Below, one piece after another: positions 13,036 to 26,000 of a stretch of 64,000 bases of DNA (the stretch's first letter is position 1; each line of letters opens with the position of its first letter). Origin of the DNA: Camelus ferus (lineage: Eukaryota); the NCBI RefSeq assembly GCF_009834535.1, contig NC_045697.1:109122001-109186000 (forward strand), in the 5' to 3' direction. Position numbers and translations under genes: made by a program. The notes beneath the pieces were generated by a model. That model was given only the letters and a program-made list of their open reading frames with translations, was not told the origin of the DNA and made no database searches.

Positions 13036-13334
13036 CCCCGGTTCCCCTGACCTTTCTTCCGGTTTTGTCTCTGCTCTCCAGGCAGTGCCTTGGCACTGAC
13101 ACCTTATAATTTTTCTGTCAAACCCTTTCAGCTGCCAGATGCTTTTAACAAATTCTCACGTCCATGGCTTATGGGGAAATTCTTAAAATCTGACAAGTCG
13201 TGAGATCAGAAACCCCAGCTTTCTTTCCCTCAAAGTCTCAGGGCCATGGGCCGCCCCAGGCTGGAAAGCGTTCGGAGCCGCCAGCCTGAACTGGGGGCTG
13301 CAGGCTGCAGGCTCTCCTCTCCATTCCCCTCGGC

Positions 13335-13434
13335 NNNNNNNNNNNNNNNNNNNNNNNNNNNNNNNNNNNNNNNNNNNNNNNNNNNNNNNNNNNNNNNNNN
13401 NNNNNNNNNNNNNNNNNNNNNNNNNNNNNNNNNN
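13335..13434. other. Assembly gap (100 N)
   Basis: Run of N; true gap size unknown. Confidence 1.
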
Positions 13435-13910
13435 GATTATTTCATTCTTTTTTACAGATAAGTAGTACTCCATTGTGTATATATACCACAACTTCTTTAT
13501 CCAGTCATCTGTCGATGGACATTTAGGTTGCTTCCATGTCTGGGCTATTGTAAATAGTGCTGCTGTGAACATTGCATGTATCTTTTTTAAATTAGAGTTT
13601 TCTCCAGATATATGTCCAGGTGTGGGATTGCTGGAACATACAGCAACGCTATTTTCAACTTTTTAAAGAAATTCTATACTGTTTTCCATAGTAGCTGCAC
13701 CAATTTACATTCCCACCAACGGCATAGGAAGGGCTCCCTTTTCTGCACACCCTCCCCAGCATTTGCTATTTGTAGACCCTTTAGTGACGGCCATTTTGAC
13801 TAGTATGAGACTATACACTACAAAACTCAGTGTAGTTTTGATTTGCCACTTAGTGACGCTGAGCATCTTTTCACGTGCTTATCAGCCATCTGTCTGTCTC
13901 TATGGAGAAA
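13435..13910 (-). mobile_element. Young L1, ORF2 C-terminal region, abutting the gap
   Basis: Minus translation [37 protein letters not shown] matches the ORF2p C-terminus. Confidence 0.9.
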
Positions 13911-14955
13911 GAGACATATTGGGCTTTATAAAGCATCACTCTGGATAAATTTCCTTTTCTAGTTTGTAATCTAAAATTCCACAGTACGCTTGCTTATCTT
14001 ACGATAATTACAAAGGAAACCTTTCTCAATCTCCCCCTGGTTTTCCAAGTTCAGTTTGGAAGTACTGGCCAGAGAAAGGAGGAAAGCGGGGTTTTCTGCC
14101 CTGACTTTGGTTTTCCAAGTTTGTGATGGGTAAAAGGTCAGAGTTTACAGCCTGATATGGGGCATTCTTGTATCTCATATTCTGCTAGAGGAGAAACGGC
14201 ACAGGTTTGAAGTGGCCCAGCATCTCCCCATCCCCAAAGCTTTGACTTCCTGTCAGGTTTAAAGATGAGGTCATGAAAAAGCATGACATTTTGACCTAAG
14301 AGTCACTACATTTCCTTGTGGCAATATACCAAGTGAAGGTGGCATTCCTTTATGAAAACAGAAATGAAATCTTGAGCTTCAGGCCATGAATCCACTGAGG
14401 ATGGGGATTATGTTCCCGGTATCGTCAGCACCCGAGAAATGCTTTTATGGTAAAGGAAGGACTGAACAACAGACACACCCAGAGGACTGAGTCTGGAACC
14501 TTCCACATCAAGATCTTTAGTTTGCACCCCAACTCCTGAGGAAGTGAGTCACTGCTGCTATCTGATGGTGAATAAGACAAATATGCATTTCTATTAGCAA
14601 GTTACACAGAGGAGGAGTGTTCGTCGTTGTGGCATGATGCCTGCTTGGATAAGTTCAATGTTTAACATGAACACACAGGCTCCTGCCGTCTCGGATGCTG
14701 GGCTCTCTGGGCATCAAGGTTTTTTCCGGGACCTTGAATTCCTGGTCTTGGAGGCTCAGGAAGAATTCCAGAGGCTGAAACTTCATCACTGAGCAAACAT
14801 TTACTGAGTGCCTGCTGTGCACAGTAGGGCAGTGAAAGCCAGGGCCTGGGGCTCCAAGGATGAAAAGCAGAAGAAAAGACACAGAGTTGCAACCCAGAAC
14901 CGACAACGTCATGGGGCAAGCAGTGGGCACTGGTTCCACAGAGGCCGGGCAAGTG

Positions 14956-15086
14956 CCCACGGCAGGGGGTCAGGGAACACCTTTCCAGAGGAGGTGACAA
15001 GGGAATCAAGAGTTGGAAGATCCCACGGCAGGGGGTCAGGGAACACCTATCCAGAGGAGGTGACAAGGGAATCAAGAGTTGGAAGA
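14956..15086. repeat. Two-copy tandem duplication, 66-nt period
   Basis: cccacggcagggggtcagggaacacct(t/a)tccagaggaggtgacaagggaatcaagagttggaaga twice with one mismatch, inside an L2-like fragment (~14780-15090, minus). Confidence 0.95.
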
Positions 15087-15180
15087 AAACGTTCAGATTT
15101 GCTAGACTTTGAAATGAAAAGTCTCTCCCCTCTTCTTTCAGGTGGGCGTACAGCCTTTGGCAAATGTTGGAATCAGAAGG

Positions 15181-15822
15181 TGTGATGAGTAATTTTGTGT
15201 CCATTTGGCTAGGCCATGGGACCAACAGTGCCCAGTTGCTTTGTCAAACACCAGTCTGGATGTTGCTGTGAAGGTACTTTTTGGTGTGATTAACACTCAG
15301 ATCAGTGGACTTTGAGAAGAGCAGATTACCTTCTGTCATGTTGGTGGGTCTCATCCAATCAGTTGAAGGTCTCTTTTTTTTAATTGAAGTGTAATTGATT
15401 TATAATGTTAGTTTCAGGTGCACAGCAAAGTGATTCAGTTATACATATACATACATACATTTTTTTATTTTCAGATTCTTTTCCATTATATGTTATTATA
15501 AGAAATTTAATATAGTTCTCTGTACTATACAATAGGTCCTTGTTGTTTATCTATTTTATATATAGTAGTGTGTATCTGTTAATCCCCAACCCCTAATTTA
15601 TCCCTCCCCACCCTTTCTCCTTTGGTATCCATAGTTTGTTTTCTATGTCCACGAGTCTATTTTTGATTTGTGAATAGAATTTGAATTTTTTTTTCAGAAT
15701 CCACATATAAGTGATATCATATGATATTTGTCTTTCTCTGTCTGAATTCACTCTATCTCTTGGTCCACCCATGTTACTGTAAATGGCATTATTTCATTCT
15801 TTTTATGGCTGAGTAGTATTCC

Positions 15823-15870
<48 letters not shown>

Positions 15871-16465
15871 ACATCTTCTTTATCCAGTCATCTGTTAATG
15901 GACATTTAGGTAGTTTCCATGTCTTGACTATTGTAAATAGTGCTGCTATGAACATTGGGGTGCATGTGCATTTTTGAATTATATTTTTCTCTGGATATAT
16001 GCCCAAGAGTGGGACTGCTGGATTATATGGTAAGTCTATGTTTAGTTTATTAGAGAACCTCCATACTATGCTCCATAGTGGCTACACCAATTTACATTCC
16101 CACCAAGAGTGTAGGAGGCGATCAGTTAAAGATTTTAAGAGAGGAAACTAAGGTCTCCTGCAAAGGCTAGAATTCTGCCTCTAGGGGGCAGCATAGAAAT
16201 TCTGCCTGAGTTTCCAGCCCTCAGACTCAAGACTTCATCATCCACTCCTGTCTGAGTGTCCAGGCTGTCCTCCTGCTCTGCGAATTTTAGACTTGCTGGT
16301 GTCCACAGCAGGACAGCCAATTTCCTAAAATAAATCTCTTTCTATATGTGAATATATATATATATATATATTTCTGTGTGTATATATATACACACATATG
16401 TATATGTATACATATACGTATACATCCTGTTGATTCTATTTCTCTGGAGAACCCTGACTAATTCA
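15181..16465 (+). mobile_element. MLT2 (ERVL) solo LTR split by an L1 insertion
   Basis: Starts tgtgatg, contains gtcaaacaccagtctggatgttgctgtgaagg, ends tctctggagaaccctgactaattca; flanks gaagg / gaggg. Confidence 0.9.
15373..16120 (-). mobile_element. 5'-truncated young L1 with internal (CA)n
   Basis: T-tail then attgaagtgtaattgattta; ORF2 C-terminus (PMFIAALFTIVKTWKLPKCP); degenerate TSD atcagttgaaggtct 15358-15372 / atcagttaaagattt 16121-16135. Confidence 0.9.
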
Positions 16466-17366
16466 GAGGGCTTTATACTTAACCCACAGGGCATGTAGAC
16501 TTGGGTCCTGGCCGTACGCCTTCAGAAAGGAACACAGCACAACAGCCGCCATGAAGGACATCAGCCTGGCTCTGCCTCTCTATCTTTGGTTCTGTTGGCC
16601 CATGAACTCTAGGGTAACATGAGACCCCAGGACACCCTGAGAGCTTGTGCGGTGTTTGGTTCAGAGGCCCAGGTTCTCCCAGCCCATGGCCCTCCCCCTC
16701 CACTTCACTCCTAACCTCTAATCCCAAAACTGCCACCTGGAGCTCCTGTCAGCCCTGCCCCTAATGTTTGCATAGGTGTATCATATACCCTCACTGCTCC
16801 AGGGTCCCTTGGTAGGTAGATCCACAGAGTGGTTTACACGTAAAATTTAAGGCACTAGCCGTTAGTGGCTCTCCAGGTTTCCAAGGACATTGAGCCAAAC
16901 ACTATCCAGCAGGCTCTTGTCAGAACACATTATAATTAACCTGTGGTTCCCCCAACAGGCACTCCTGACTGATGGGAATAAACTGGGTCTTAGTCTTATA
17001 GTATCTTTAGTGTCTGGCACAGTGTTTTGAATATAATAGGTACCCCAAAAATTCTCATTAAATATCAGTGATAGATGAGGATGGGTACTTAATATGTGTC
17101 AGACCCTCTTCTCTACATATGAATATGTGCTAATTTAATCCTCAAAGCCAAATCTTACATAGGGTTCACCACATTATTCCCGTTTCACAGATAAGAAAAC
17201 CGAGGCACCCCAAGTGAGATAATTTCCCTAAAGTCACATAGAAGAGGCAGAATCAAGATTCACATTCTTGCTCCAGAGGCCACACTCCCAACAATACACT
17301 GCTTACACAAACATTCCAGACCCTGAAGCGGTCCGTCCTCGAGGCCCCTGTAAAGTTAGCACCACC

Positions 17367-17878
17367 TGTAATAGAAAAGAACAAATCTGACTCCATATTA
17401 CATCTGCTCCTTTGGCTTTAACCCTGTGCTCTCTCTCCCATGCTGAGTCATGCTGATTCTGCACCTTTTGTAAAAGAATGTTGCCCATGGCCTGAAATAT
17501 ACAGGTGAGCCCATTCTCAAGGTTCTGACTTAAGGGTATGATACTTCCCCATTCATAAAAAAAGTTGCCGAGTGGAAAGTAGCATCTGTCTTGTTGCAGG
17601 TATACAGGGACACCACGACCTGACCCATGTGGACAGCTGCAAGAATGAAGGATTCCAACACCAAGAAGTCTGCAACAACCAACCGCACGCCTTCCCCTTT
17701 TCAGTATAAAATGGGCCTGAATTCTGACTTGGGGGAGATGGTTTTCCAGGAAGGTAGTCTGCCATCTTCTCGGTCCGCCGGCTTTCCAAATGAAGTCATT
17801 ATTTCTTGCCCCAACACCTCATCTCCTAATTTACTGGCCTGTCGTGAGGCGAGCAGGACGAGTTTGGATTCCGTAACG
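17367..17878 (+). mobile_element. MER41-like ERV1 solo LTR (cetartiodactyl type)
   Basis: Starts tgtaatagaaaagaacaaatctgactccat, TATAAAA at ~17705, ends gagtttggattccgtaacg; family assignment recalled from MER41_BT-like consensus. Confidence 0.75.
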
Positions 17879-20108
17879 TGACTTTGATGACATTAGAGGT
17901 ACTCTCTCTCCTGCCACAGCTTCCCACTATTTCCAGGATTAGAGCGAGAAGGACACGCCCATCCTGAGCGCTATTATGGAAGGAGCTCCCGCCTGAGAGT
18001 TGGGGGCCCAGTGCTGGCCTACACCCTCCCCATGTGACTTGGAGACAGATTCCTTATTTATAATGGAGGTCCCTTGGTTGCCTGAACACCAGGGGAGGCT
18101 CTGTCAGCCCTTTTGGGCTCTTCTGCCTGTCAAGTCACTGAGTCAATGCAGTTTCCCCGACCTCAGTGCCTTTTCAATTCCTCTGGGGTGATTTCCATAG
18201 CCCTTGGGGGCTGTCATCCTCTCTGGGGGTCCATCCTCTGAGAAAAGTACCCATTTTTGTAACCACACATCTCACTCACGCCTTCAGAGCATTCCAGACC
18301 CTGAAGCGGTCAGTCCTTGAGGCCCCAGGATAAAACCTCCTATGCGAAAATAAGCCAGAAGTAGCGGGAGCTGAAAACAACACTGACCAACCAGATGTGG
18401 ATGTGACCTGAGGGAAGGGCGAGCTTTGGCTGAATGGGCCTCGTTCGGGGCTGCAGGTGAGGAAATCGTGCGGGACTGGGGAAGCAAGGATGCAGGGGGC
18501 TCTCCTTTGTGCCACTGAGTTCTTCTCCTGGGGACCCTCCTGGGAGGGGACAGCAGGAACACCTGAGCCCTTTATCCAGACAGCACAGGCCCATTTCCTG
18601 ATCAGTTATCCCGTCTGGGAAAACGACCACTGACATTGACGACTCTCACCTCCTACCCAGATGCACCTGACCTTCTCCAGATGCCTTCCAGTTTGTGCAC
18701 CGCCAGAGTGGCTGCTTCTTTATAGATGCAAGCACTTTATTTTTAAGAGGAAACTCACTTAATTCAATACCTTAAGGTCCCTGAGGCCAAGAGATAGCCA
18801 TAGAGATAAAACTCCAAGATGCTCAAAGCTTTTAACATAATTGCTTCTAAAAATATCTTTTGGAAAGGCATGCTGAAGTTCAAGGTAATACTTTCAAACA
18901 GACCCCGAGAAAAAGCTGAAGCCGAATCCTTCTCAAACACTGTCATCTTGCGATTGTCTGTCTCTTGTTCCAGGTCTTTACCCCGGATTCTGCAACGCAT
19001 CACTATAGCTTATGTAAAGGAGCTTATTCTGCTAACCGAGACTTCCTGACTGCTGCTCCCGATAACTCAGCCTGTCAGCTCTTCTGTTCACTTGTCTTTT
19101 GTCCCTGGGGGGACAACGACCCCCCTTTCTGGAACAGCCAAACCTGCCTCTTTGTAGATTAAAGCACTCTTATTTGCTGTGGAAAAGAACATGCACAGGA
19201 AACCTCAGAAACTAATGTCAACATTAGAAGCTTAAAGACCTGTGAGTAAACAAGGGGGCTGGGTTTCCATTTGTGTGTTTGCTTTGAGTTGCTTGCTCTG
19301 AAATATTCCCCTCTTCATGTTTGCTGAGGGATAGTTACGATTTTCTTAAAAACATACCATGAAAGTTGCTCCAAGTTTTTAAAAGCATTAATTATTTGCA
19401 TAAAGCTATTCGTGTGGATGGGATGTGTTTTCAGTAGCAAACCAGAACAAAGCCAGGGATAACACAGGGATAAACCAGAATAAAGCCAGGGGCTTAATTC
19501 AGGGCAGTGCCAGGTGTCCAACCACTATCTTACCAGATAGAGCACCTATATTTTTGTCCCACCAAATGCATGATTCATGTTTAAATCTATTGGTTTTGGA
19601 TTTAGCAATGTCTGTGTGCATCTCATTCTGGGAAAACACAAGTCAGGCAAAAATTCACTGTTGAATAACTAGGCATTACTAGGATGGACTTCACTACACT
19701 AAGCAAACAATAGCTTAAAAAATACCGAACAGGTGCTTTCCAGTTTATTTTTTATAACTCAAAATTCAGCCTGTCTGTGACACGTTGTAGCCAAATTCTG
19801 GGCCATTTGTGGAGAATATGGCAGGAAGCATTAAATACTGAGTTTCTCATGTTTGTTTAAAAATGCATCTTTTTGTTCTCAGTCCTCTGGGTGGAACGTG
19901 TCTGTTTTGTTCTTAGCTTCGCTGCATCGCTCCTATCAAGGGGCTCCTACGAGTAACCTGGGGAACGAGTGCCCTCTTGTGGACAATCCACTAATTGCAA
20001 ATTCAGGAAACTGGTCTGGTAATCAAACAGGCCCTGCGTCTGAATTTCCTTGGTAGAGAACACACAAAAAAAATTAATATGTTCTGTGCATTCAAAGGGC
20101 CCGCTTTC

Positions 20109-20215
20109 GGGGATGGCATAGCTCAGTGGTAGAGTGCATGCTTAGCATGCATGAAGACCTGGGTTCAGTCCCCAGTACCTCCATAAAAAAAAAAAAAAAC
20201 CCATAAGTAAATAAA
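20109..20215 (+). mobile_element. Camelid tRNA-derived SINE
   Basis: SINE head plus A tail; TSD caaagggcc(c/t)gcttt 20093-20107 / 20216-20230. Confidence 0.92.
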
Positions 20216-21859
20216 CAAAGGGCCTGCTTTTACTTTAGAAGATAAAGCATCTTGCTTTGGAATTTTCGAAGTGATTTGAAGAGACTTAGAAGACACCTTA
20301 TTTTAATAGCTTTTCTTTAAAAGGTGTGGCCCTACTTAATAGCCAAAATTTCATTTTAAAAATCTTATGACTTATTTTTTTTTTGCAGTGTAAATTATTT
20401 TTTACAGTATATGATTTAAAACTCCTTTCTTTTTAAAGATTAAAAATAGGATGAATAGCAAGGGCATTTTTGTTTGTTTTCAGTAAAGATAGCTGGATAT
20501 TTAAAGTCATTATAAGAATATAAATTATTTTTTGTAAATCACAAATCAAATTACTGTCTTGTGTATCAATAAGTTATCACAAAGCGCTTAAGACAACTCT
20601 ACGCCCGTAAAGTGTTCTTCGCCAAAAATGAAGTGTACCTTTCACAAGCTCTCCATAATGAATATCAAGGAGTAAATACCCTGTATTTCTGTTTTTTTTT
20701 TTTTTTCACTCAGCAGAGGAGGGGAGAATAGAGTGTGGGGATGGCCTTGCTCGTTCCTTAACTTTACTTGTGAAAATATTCAGTTTGTGATTCGTCAGCA
20801 AATTTCATGTCTACCACTCACTAACTTAAGACCTTGTTCAGGTTACTTAACTTTTGTAAACCCTCAGTTTCACCATATGAAAATGGGGATAATAGTGGTG
20901 ATAATAGTGAGAGAATTAAATTAAATAATCCATTATCTAATTAGTAAATGTGCAATAAATGTTAGCTATGCCACCACCACCACCACCATCACCCCATCAC
21001 CACCACCACCTCCACCACTATCAGCAGCAGCATCAAAATCTCTCCTTCTGTCTTCCTTTGCTCCCCTCTTTTCTCACTTTTTTATTGTAAAATAAAATAC
21101 ATAAAACACTCCCCAATAAATGCACAGCTTTTATGAGTCATCATAAGGTGAACTCCCTAGTGACCAAAAGTGCTGGCCTCCCAGACGCCTCTCCACTGTC
21201 CTGTTCCAACCTCAGTTCTCTCCATTCCTGGAAGAGTAACCACTATGCTGACTATTATCATAATCACTTCCTTATTTCTTAATGGTTTTATCAACCAGAT
21301 ACACAAGCCTAGACACACTGTAGTTCAGTCTGTGCCCCTCCTTCCTTGTTTTTTACATTTTATATCTTTTAAGTTTACTTTAATCTACAGGTTCCCCTCC
21401 ATCCCTTTCTTTCCAATTGATCTGTTGATGGACATGGGGTTTTTTGACCTACAGAGCTCCCCAGAGTTTGTATTTTGCTGACTGTGGATTCACGGTACGA
21501 TTCGGCATGCACCCCATCCTCTGCATTTCCCACACACTGGTAGCCAGATCGCACTCATGTTCAGTTCCTCTGTCAGGCCTCTGGGTGGTGGCGTGTCCTT
21601 TCATCACGAGACACGTTATCACCAGTTGTCTTTTTGTGAGGTTACCAGCTGATGATACTCAACATCTACCTCCATTCATGCACTAGGGTCTGCAGAGTGG
21701 TGATAGTCTCATTTCATCATTTATGTTTCATTTATCATTTAGATACTTTTGTAAAGGGCTGCTTCCCTTCGTGTTGTATTTGCTTTCTCAGTGGCACAGT
21801 TCGCAGAGGATAGGTTTAATTGTCTTTGCTTTAATTACCCATTTTCCAGAAAATGATAA

Positions 21860-22378
21860 TGTGATGATATTAAAACATGGCTCCAAATTCTCTGGCATTT
21901 CTGCATTTAAGAGGTGGGGTCTGTGTCCCCTCCCACTGAATCTCAGAGGGCATGTGACCACTTCAAACAATAGAGTGCATAGAAGATGATAGTGTTTGAC
22001 TTTCATGGCAGTGTCACAGAGGTCGTGCAGCTTCTGGCTTGTTTCCAAGAACACACAACCTTGGAGACCTGAGCTGCCTTATAAGAAATGTAGCTACCCT
22101 GAGACCACCTTGTTCCAGGCTCTCTGGTCAACGGCCTCAGCTGAGCACAGGCTTGGATTCATTTCAGCCCAGGCCTAGCCCTGCAAGTGAAGTAGCCTCC
22201 AGGTAATCCCAGCCCCAGCCATCTGGTCTTCCCAGGTGAGGTCCCAGACTTCATGGAGCCGTTTCCCCCAGGTCTTGCTGAAGGGCTGAAATACAGAATC
22301 CATGTGCACAACAAAATTGGTGTGTTACTGCACTAAGTCTTGGAGGGAGTTCATTATACACAGTAGTTAATTGGAATA
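21860..22378 (+). mobile_element. MaLR solo LTR (MLT1G/H-like)
   Basis: catggctccaaattctctg, gaggtggggtctgtgtcccctccc, 3' end actaagtcttggagggagt...aattggaata. Confidence 0.8.
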
Positions 22379-23350
22379 GTTCCATATCACCCTCTGAAGA
22401 TGACCAATGAGATATTTTGATGTCCATATGAACCTGTAGATTTGAAAATATTTCATGAATTCATTTGATGGCATTTGTTATGATTTTTGATTCTCAGATT
22501 GTCCCTTATTTGGTCGGTGGGCCTCTTCAGGTTGGTGTTTGAGTCCTTTTGGCGTGACTCTGTGGTCTGCGAGAGTTTACCCATACTTGGTCTGACAGGA
22601 TGACCCAGACTAACAATGTACCAGGACTCAGACACTTCTCCGGGAAGCCTTGGTTTCTTCTAGTGGGAAACCATATTTCAAGCCACAACCTGGGTACTGG
22701 AAATGTTCAGTGCAACTGGGTTGGGGGATTATTTCTAGGCCTCTTTTCGAAGGATAGACAAAGAGATATATAGTTTGATAGAAATAAAATATCTCTTGAA
22801 TTCATATTAGTATTTCCAATTCAGTTCAGGACTTGAGTTTTTTATATCATCTCTTATCTGTTAGAATCGTATTTCCTTCAACCCGACAATCCTGGTTTCA
22901 AGGGAATGAGAGAATTAGTATATCCCATAATATTTATTTGCTTTAGCTCACATTACCTATATAACAGTCTCAGAATAACATTACTACCCTCACTAATAAA
23001 ATTATTGGGAATAGCCTAAAATTTCTGCATGGGCTCTAGTCACCTCTACTATTTTTTGTTACTTGTGCTGTATCTTCATTGCCTGTGCTTTCAGCCATGA
23101 CTTACCGTACGGTCTCCTCTTTAACCCTCACTTGGTTTTAGTTCTCAGTGCCTAATGTTCCCCACCAGTCCCTATGTCAATGCATCTCTAATCTTCCTGG
23201 CTTTCTGAAAGTCTTTCTCTAATTGATTGCTAAGGAAAGAGTCATGGAAACAATTTTCCCTGACATTGATAACAGTTTCTACCTTTTGCCTGAAAGTCAG
23301 TTTTGCTGGGTATAAAATCTTTGTGTGCATTTTCTTTCCTTGAGTGTCTT

Positions 23351-23477
23351 TCGTTTGTTTGTTTGTTTGTTTGTTTGTTTGTTTGAAGTACAGTCAGTTA
23401 CAATGTGCCAGTTTCTGGTGCACAGCATAACGTCCCACTCATGCATATACATACATATATTTGTTTTCATATTCTTT
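23351..23477 (-). mobile_element. Very short young L1 3' tip with tail converted to (AAAC)n
   Basis: (gttt)n then gaagtacagtcagttacaatgtg; 16-bp TSD tttccttgagt(g/a)tctt 23335-23350 / 23478-23493. Confidence 0.9.
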
Positions 23478-24069
23478 TTTCCTTGAGTATCTTAAATATA
23501 TTATTACATTCTCTTCTGATGAGAATATAATTTTCTTTCTCTTATAAGTATCTTACTAGTTTTTCATGGACAAGAATAGGACATTTTCCTTTTCTTTGTT
23601 TCATTTTTTAAGTCAAATAATTTTACTAGAATAGACCTTGGTGTTGGTTGTTCCATCAATATTGGAAATACATGTTATGCTATTTCCAAATAAAGTTTCA
23701 AAACTTTTATACTTCAGGAAAATTTTATTGAGTTACAGTTTTTGGTATTTGTTCTTTTCTCATGCTTTGCTATTTTTCTTTAGAAACCCCTGCTATCTTT
23801 ATGTTGGATCTTCTTTGTTCTGAATATTTGTCACTTTCTCTTGAATCTTCGGTATCTGTTATTTCTAATTGATTAAAAAATTTCTTCCTTTTCACCTTCT
23901 ATTTACTCTTAAAGCATTCTCTATTGTTTTTATTCAATCTGCTGTTTCTTGTAGTTAATCCTCATTTCTGAAATGATTTTTTCTTTTATTTCTAATTCTT
24001 TCTAAATTCTATCACCTCATTTTTGAGTTTGTCTAATTCTGGTTTATATTGTTCTTTGATAATTTTCTT

Positions 24070-24905
24070 GTCTTAAATAAGTGTTTGTGAGATAAAATTC
24101 TCATACTGTACAATTCACTTATTAAAAGTGAACAGTTCATTGGCTTTTAGTATAGTCACATGTGCAAACATCACCACAATTAGAACATTTCATCACTCCA
24201 AAAAGAAACTCTGTACCCATTATCAGTCACTCCCCATTTCCCCAACTTCTGAGGCAACTGCTAAACTACTTTCAAAATAGATTTGCCTATTCTGGGCATT
24301 TCATATAAATGAAATTCAATATGTGGTCTTTTGTGCCTGACTTTTTCACTTAGCATATGTTCATCCATGTGGTAGCATGTGTCAATACTTCATTCCTCTT
24401 TATGGCTAAATAATATTCCATTGTATAGAAATACTACAATTTGTTCATCCATTCATCAGCTGATGATTATTTAGGTTTTTTTCCATTTTGGGGCTGTTAA
24501 CAATGCTGCTGTGAATATTTATGTACAAATTTTTGTGTGGACACATGTTTTCAATTCTCTTGGGTAAATACCTAGAAGTAGAAATGCTGGGTCATATGGT
24601 AACTCTATGTTTAACTCTTTGAGGAACTGCCTAACTGTTTTCCAAAGTGGCTGCACCATTTCATGATGCCACCAGCAGTGAAAGAAGTTTCCAATTTCTC
24701 CAAATCCTTGCCAACACTTGTTATTATCTGTCTTTTTGTTTATAGCCATCCTACTGGGTATGAAGTGATTGAGGTTTTTTAAAAAAAATTTTATTGCTGC
24801 GTGGTTGATTTATATTTTCACTGAGGTTTTGATTTGCATTTCTATGATGGCTACTGATGTTGAGCATATTTTCATGTGCTTATTGGCCATTTCTGTGTTT
24901 TCTAT
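24070..24905 (-). mobile_element. L1MB-like 3' end
   Basis: Minus ORF 24519-24749 (NNKCWQG...LPYDPAFLLLGIYPRELK) and L1MB-type 3'UTR motifs. Confidence 0.85.
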
Positions 24906-25522
24906 TCAGGTTGTATCATTTTCTTAATGTCTTTTAGGTCATTTTGAAAGAGAAAATTACAACTGTGATCTTTTCTGTGAATGTTTCTTTTTTTCTGGTG
25001 TGCTTTCAATGTCTGTAGTACTGCTATTCTGAATTTGTTCTTTTTTACCCCTTAAGGATTTTATTTGGAATTTGACTATAATTTTTGTTGTTCATGTTTA
25101 GGGAAAATTAGTTTTTCTTAACTGTTAGAGGAAAGCAGGGTAGGTTTTCTATCTTCCCAAAGCTCTTTGTTGTTTTTTGATTGTGTGTGTGTGTTGTGTT
25201 GTGTGTGTGCTGTGTGTATTGTGTGTGTGTGTGTAACTTGCTTTTTGAGATTTCCTGGCTCTGTTCATCTTTGTTACCTTTATTTGGACTTTCTCTTCCC
25301 TTGTCTTTATTGTCCATGTCCTGTTTGATTTTGATCACACGGTTTCTCCTCCATGTGGAGTTCTTTGTCTGAAGGGGCCCTGGCTGGACTGTTTGGGGGT
25401 TTCTGGGGAGTAGCCTGAGCTTACCATGGACCTCCTGTATCATCCACTGTTGGACTGGATGGGCCCCCTGCCCAGTTTCATCTGCTCCTCTCAGACTGTT
25501 CCCTCATGCTTTCCAGTGAACC

Positions 25523-26000
25523 TGAGGTGGGAAACCCCATGAAAAAGACAGCAAGACCCCCAGGCAGGGCCACTACCCTCCTGCCAGCACCATTCAGTTT
25601 CCTGGTCCAGTGGCATTATTTTGCTTTTTAAACTCTGCAATGGCTTACTTCTAGAAAAGTGGGACTTACCCCTAAGATTCTATTGGTTCCCTGAGCTAAC
25701 TCCTGATTGGTCCATTTCTACAAAGTTTGTTCCTAATTAGTCACTTTGTTATACCTTATTTGCATATGATGTTGCAAAATGTTGCAAAGTCTAGACTGGT
25801 AGCCTATAAAAGCCTGTGTAAACCTACAGACAGGGTCCAGAGCTTGGAGTGTTAACTCCTCTGGGCCTGCTAGCAAAATAAACCTGAGTTCTCCAACTCT
25901 CCGAGTGCTGCTTGGTCTCTCGCCCAGATCCAGGTTGCTTTCACAACTGATCTGTAACACTGAGCTGTAATTCTGAGCTGTAACACACTTTTCTGCAACA
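25523..26000 (+). mobile_element. Young ERV1-type solo LTR
   Basis: TG...CA termini, perfect 4-bp TSD AACC (25519-25522 / 26001-26004), ATTGG twice, TATAAAA 25805-25811, AATAAA 25877-25882. Confidence 0.9.

Larger units (their letters stand above)
21080..25500 (-). mobile_element. Ancient L1 (L1MC/L1ME-like) hosting several nested insertions
   Basis: T-rich old L1 motifs (ttttattgtaaaataaaatacata, agttttgctgggtataaaatc); boundaries approximate. Confidence 0.55.

Noticed and set aside
13183..13572. ORFs spanning the N run
   Set aside because: Artefact of translating across an assembly gap
14956..18326. Direct repeats as a possible CRISPR-like array
   Set aside because: Only two copies each, no regular spacers, no cas genes, and a mammalian context
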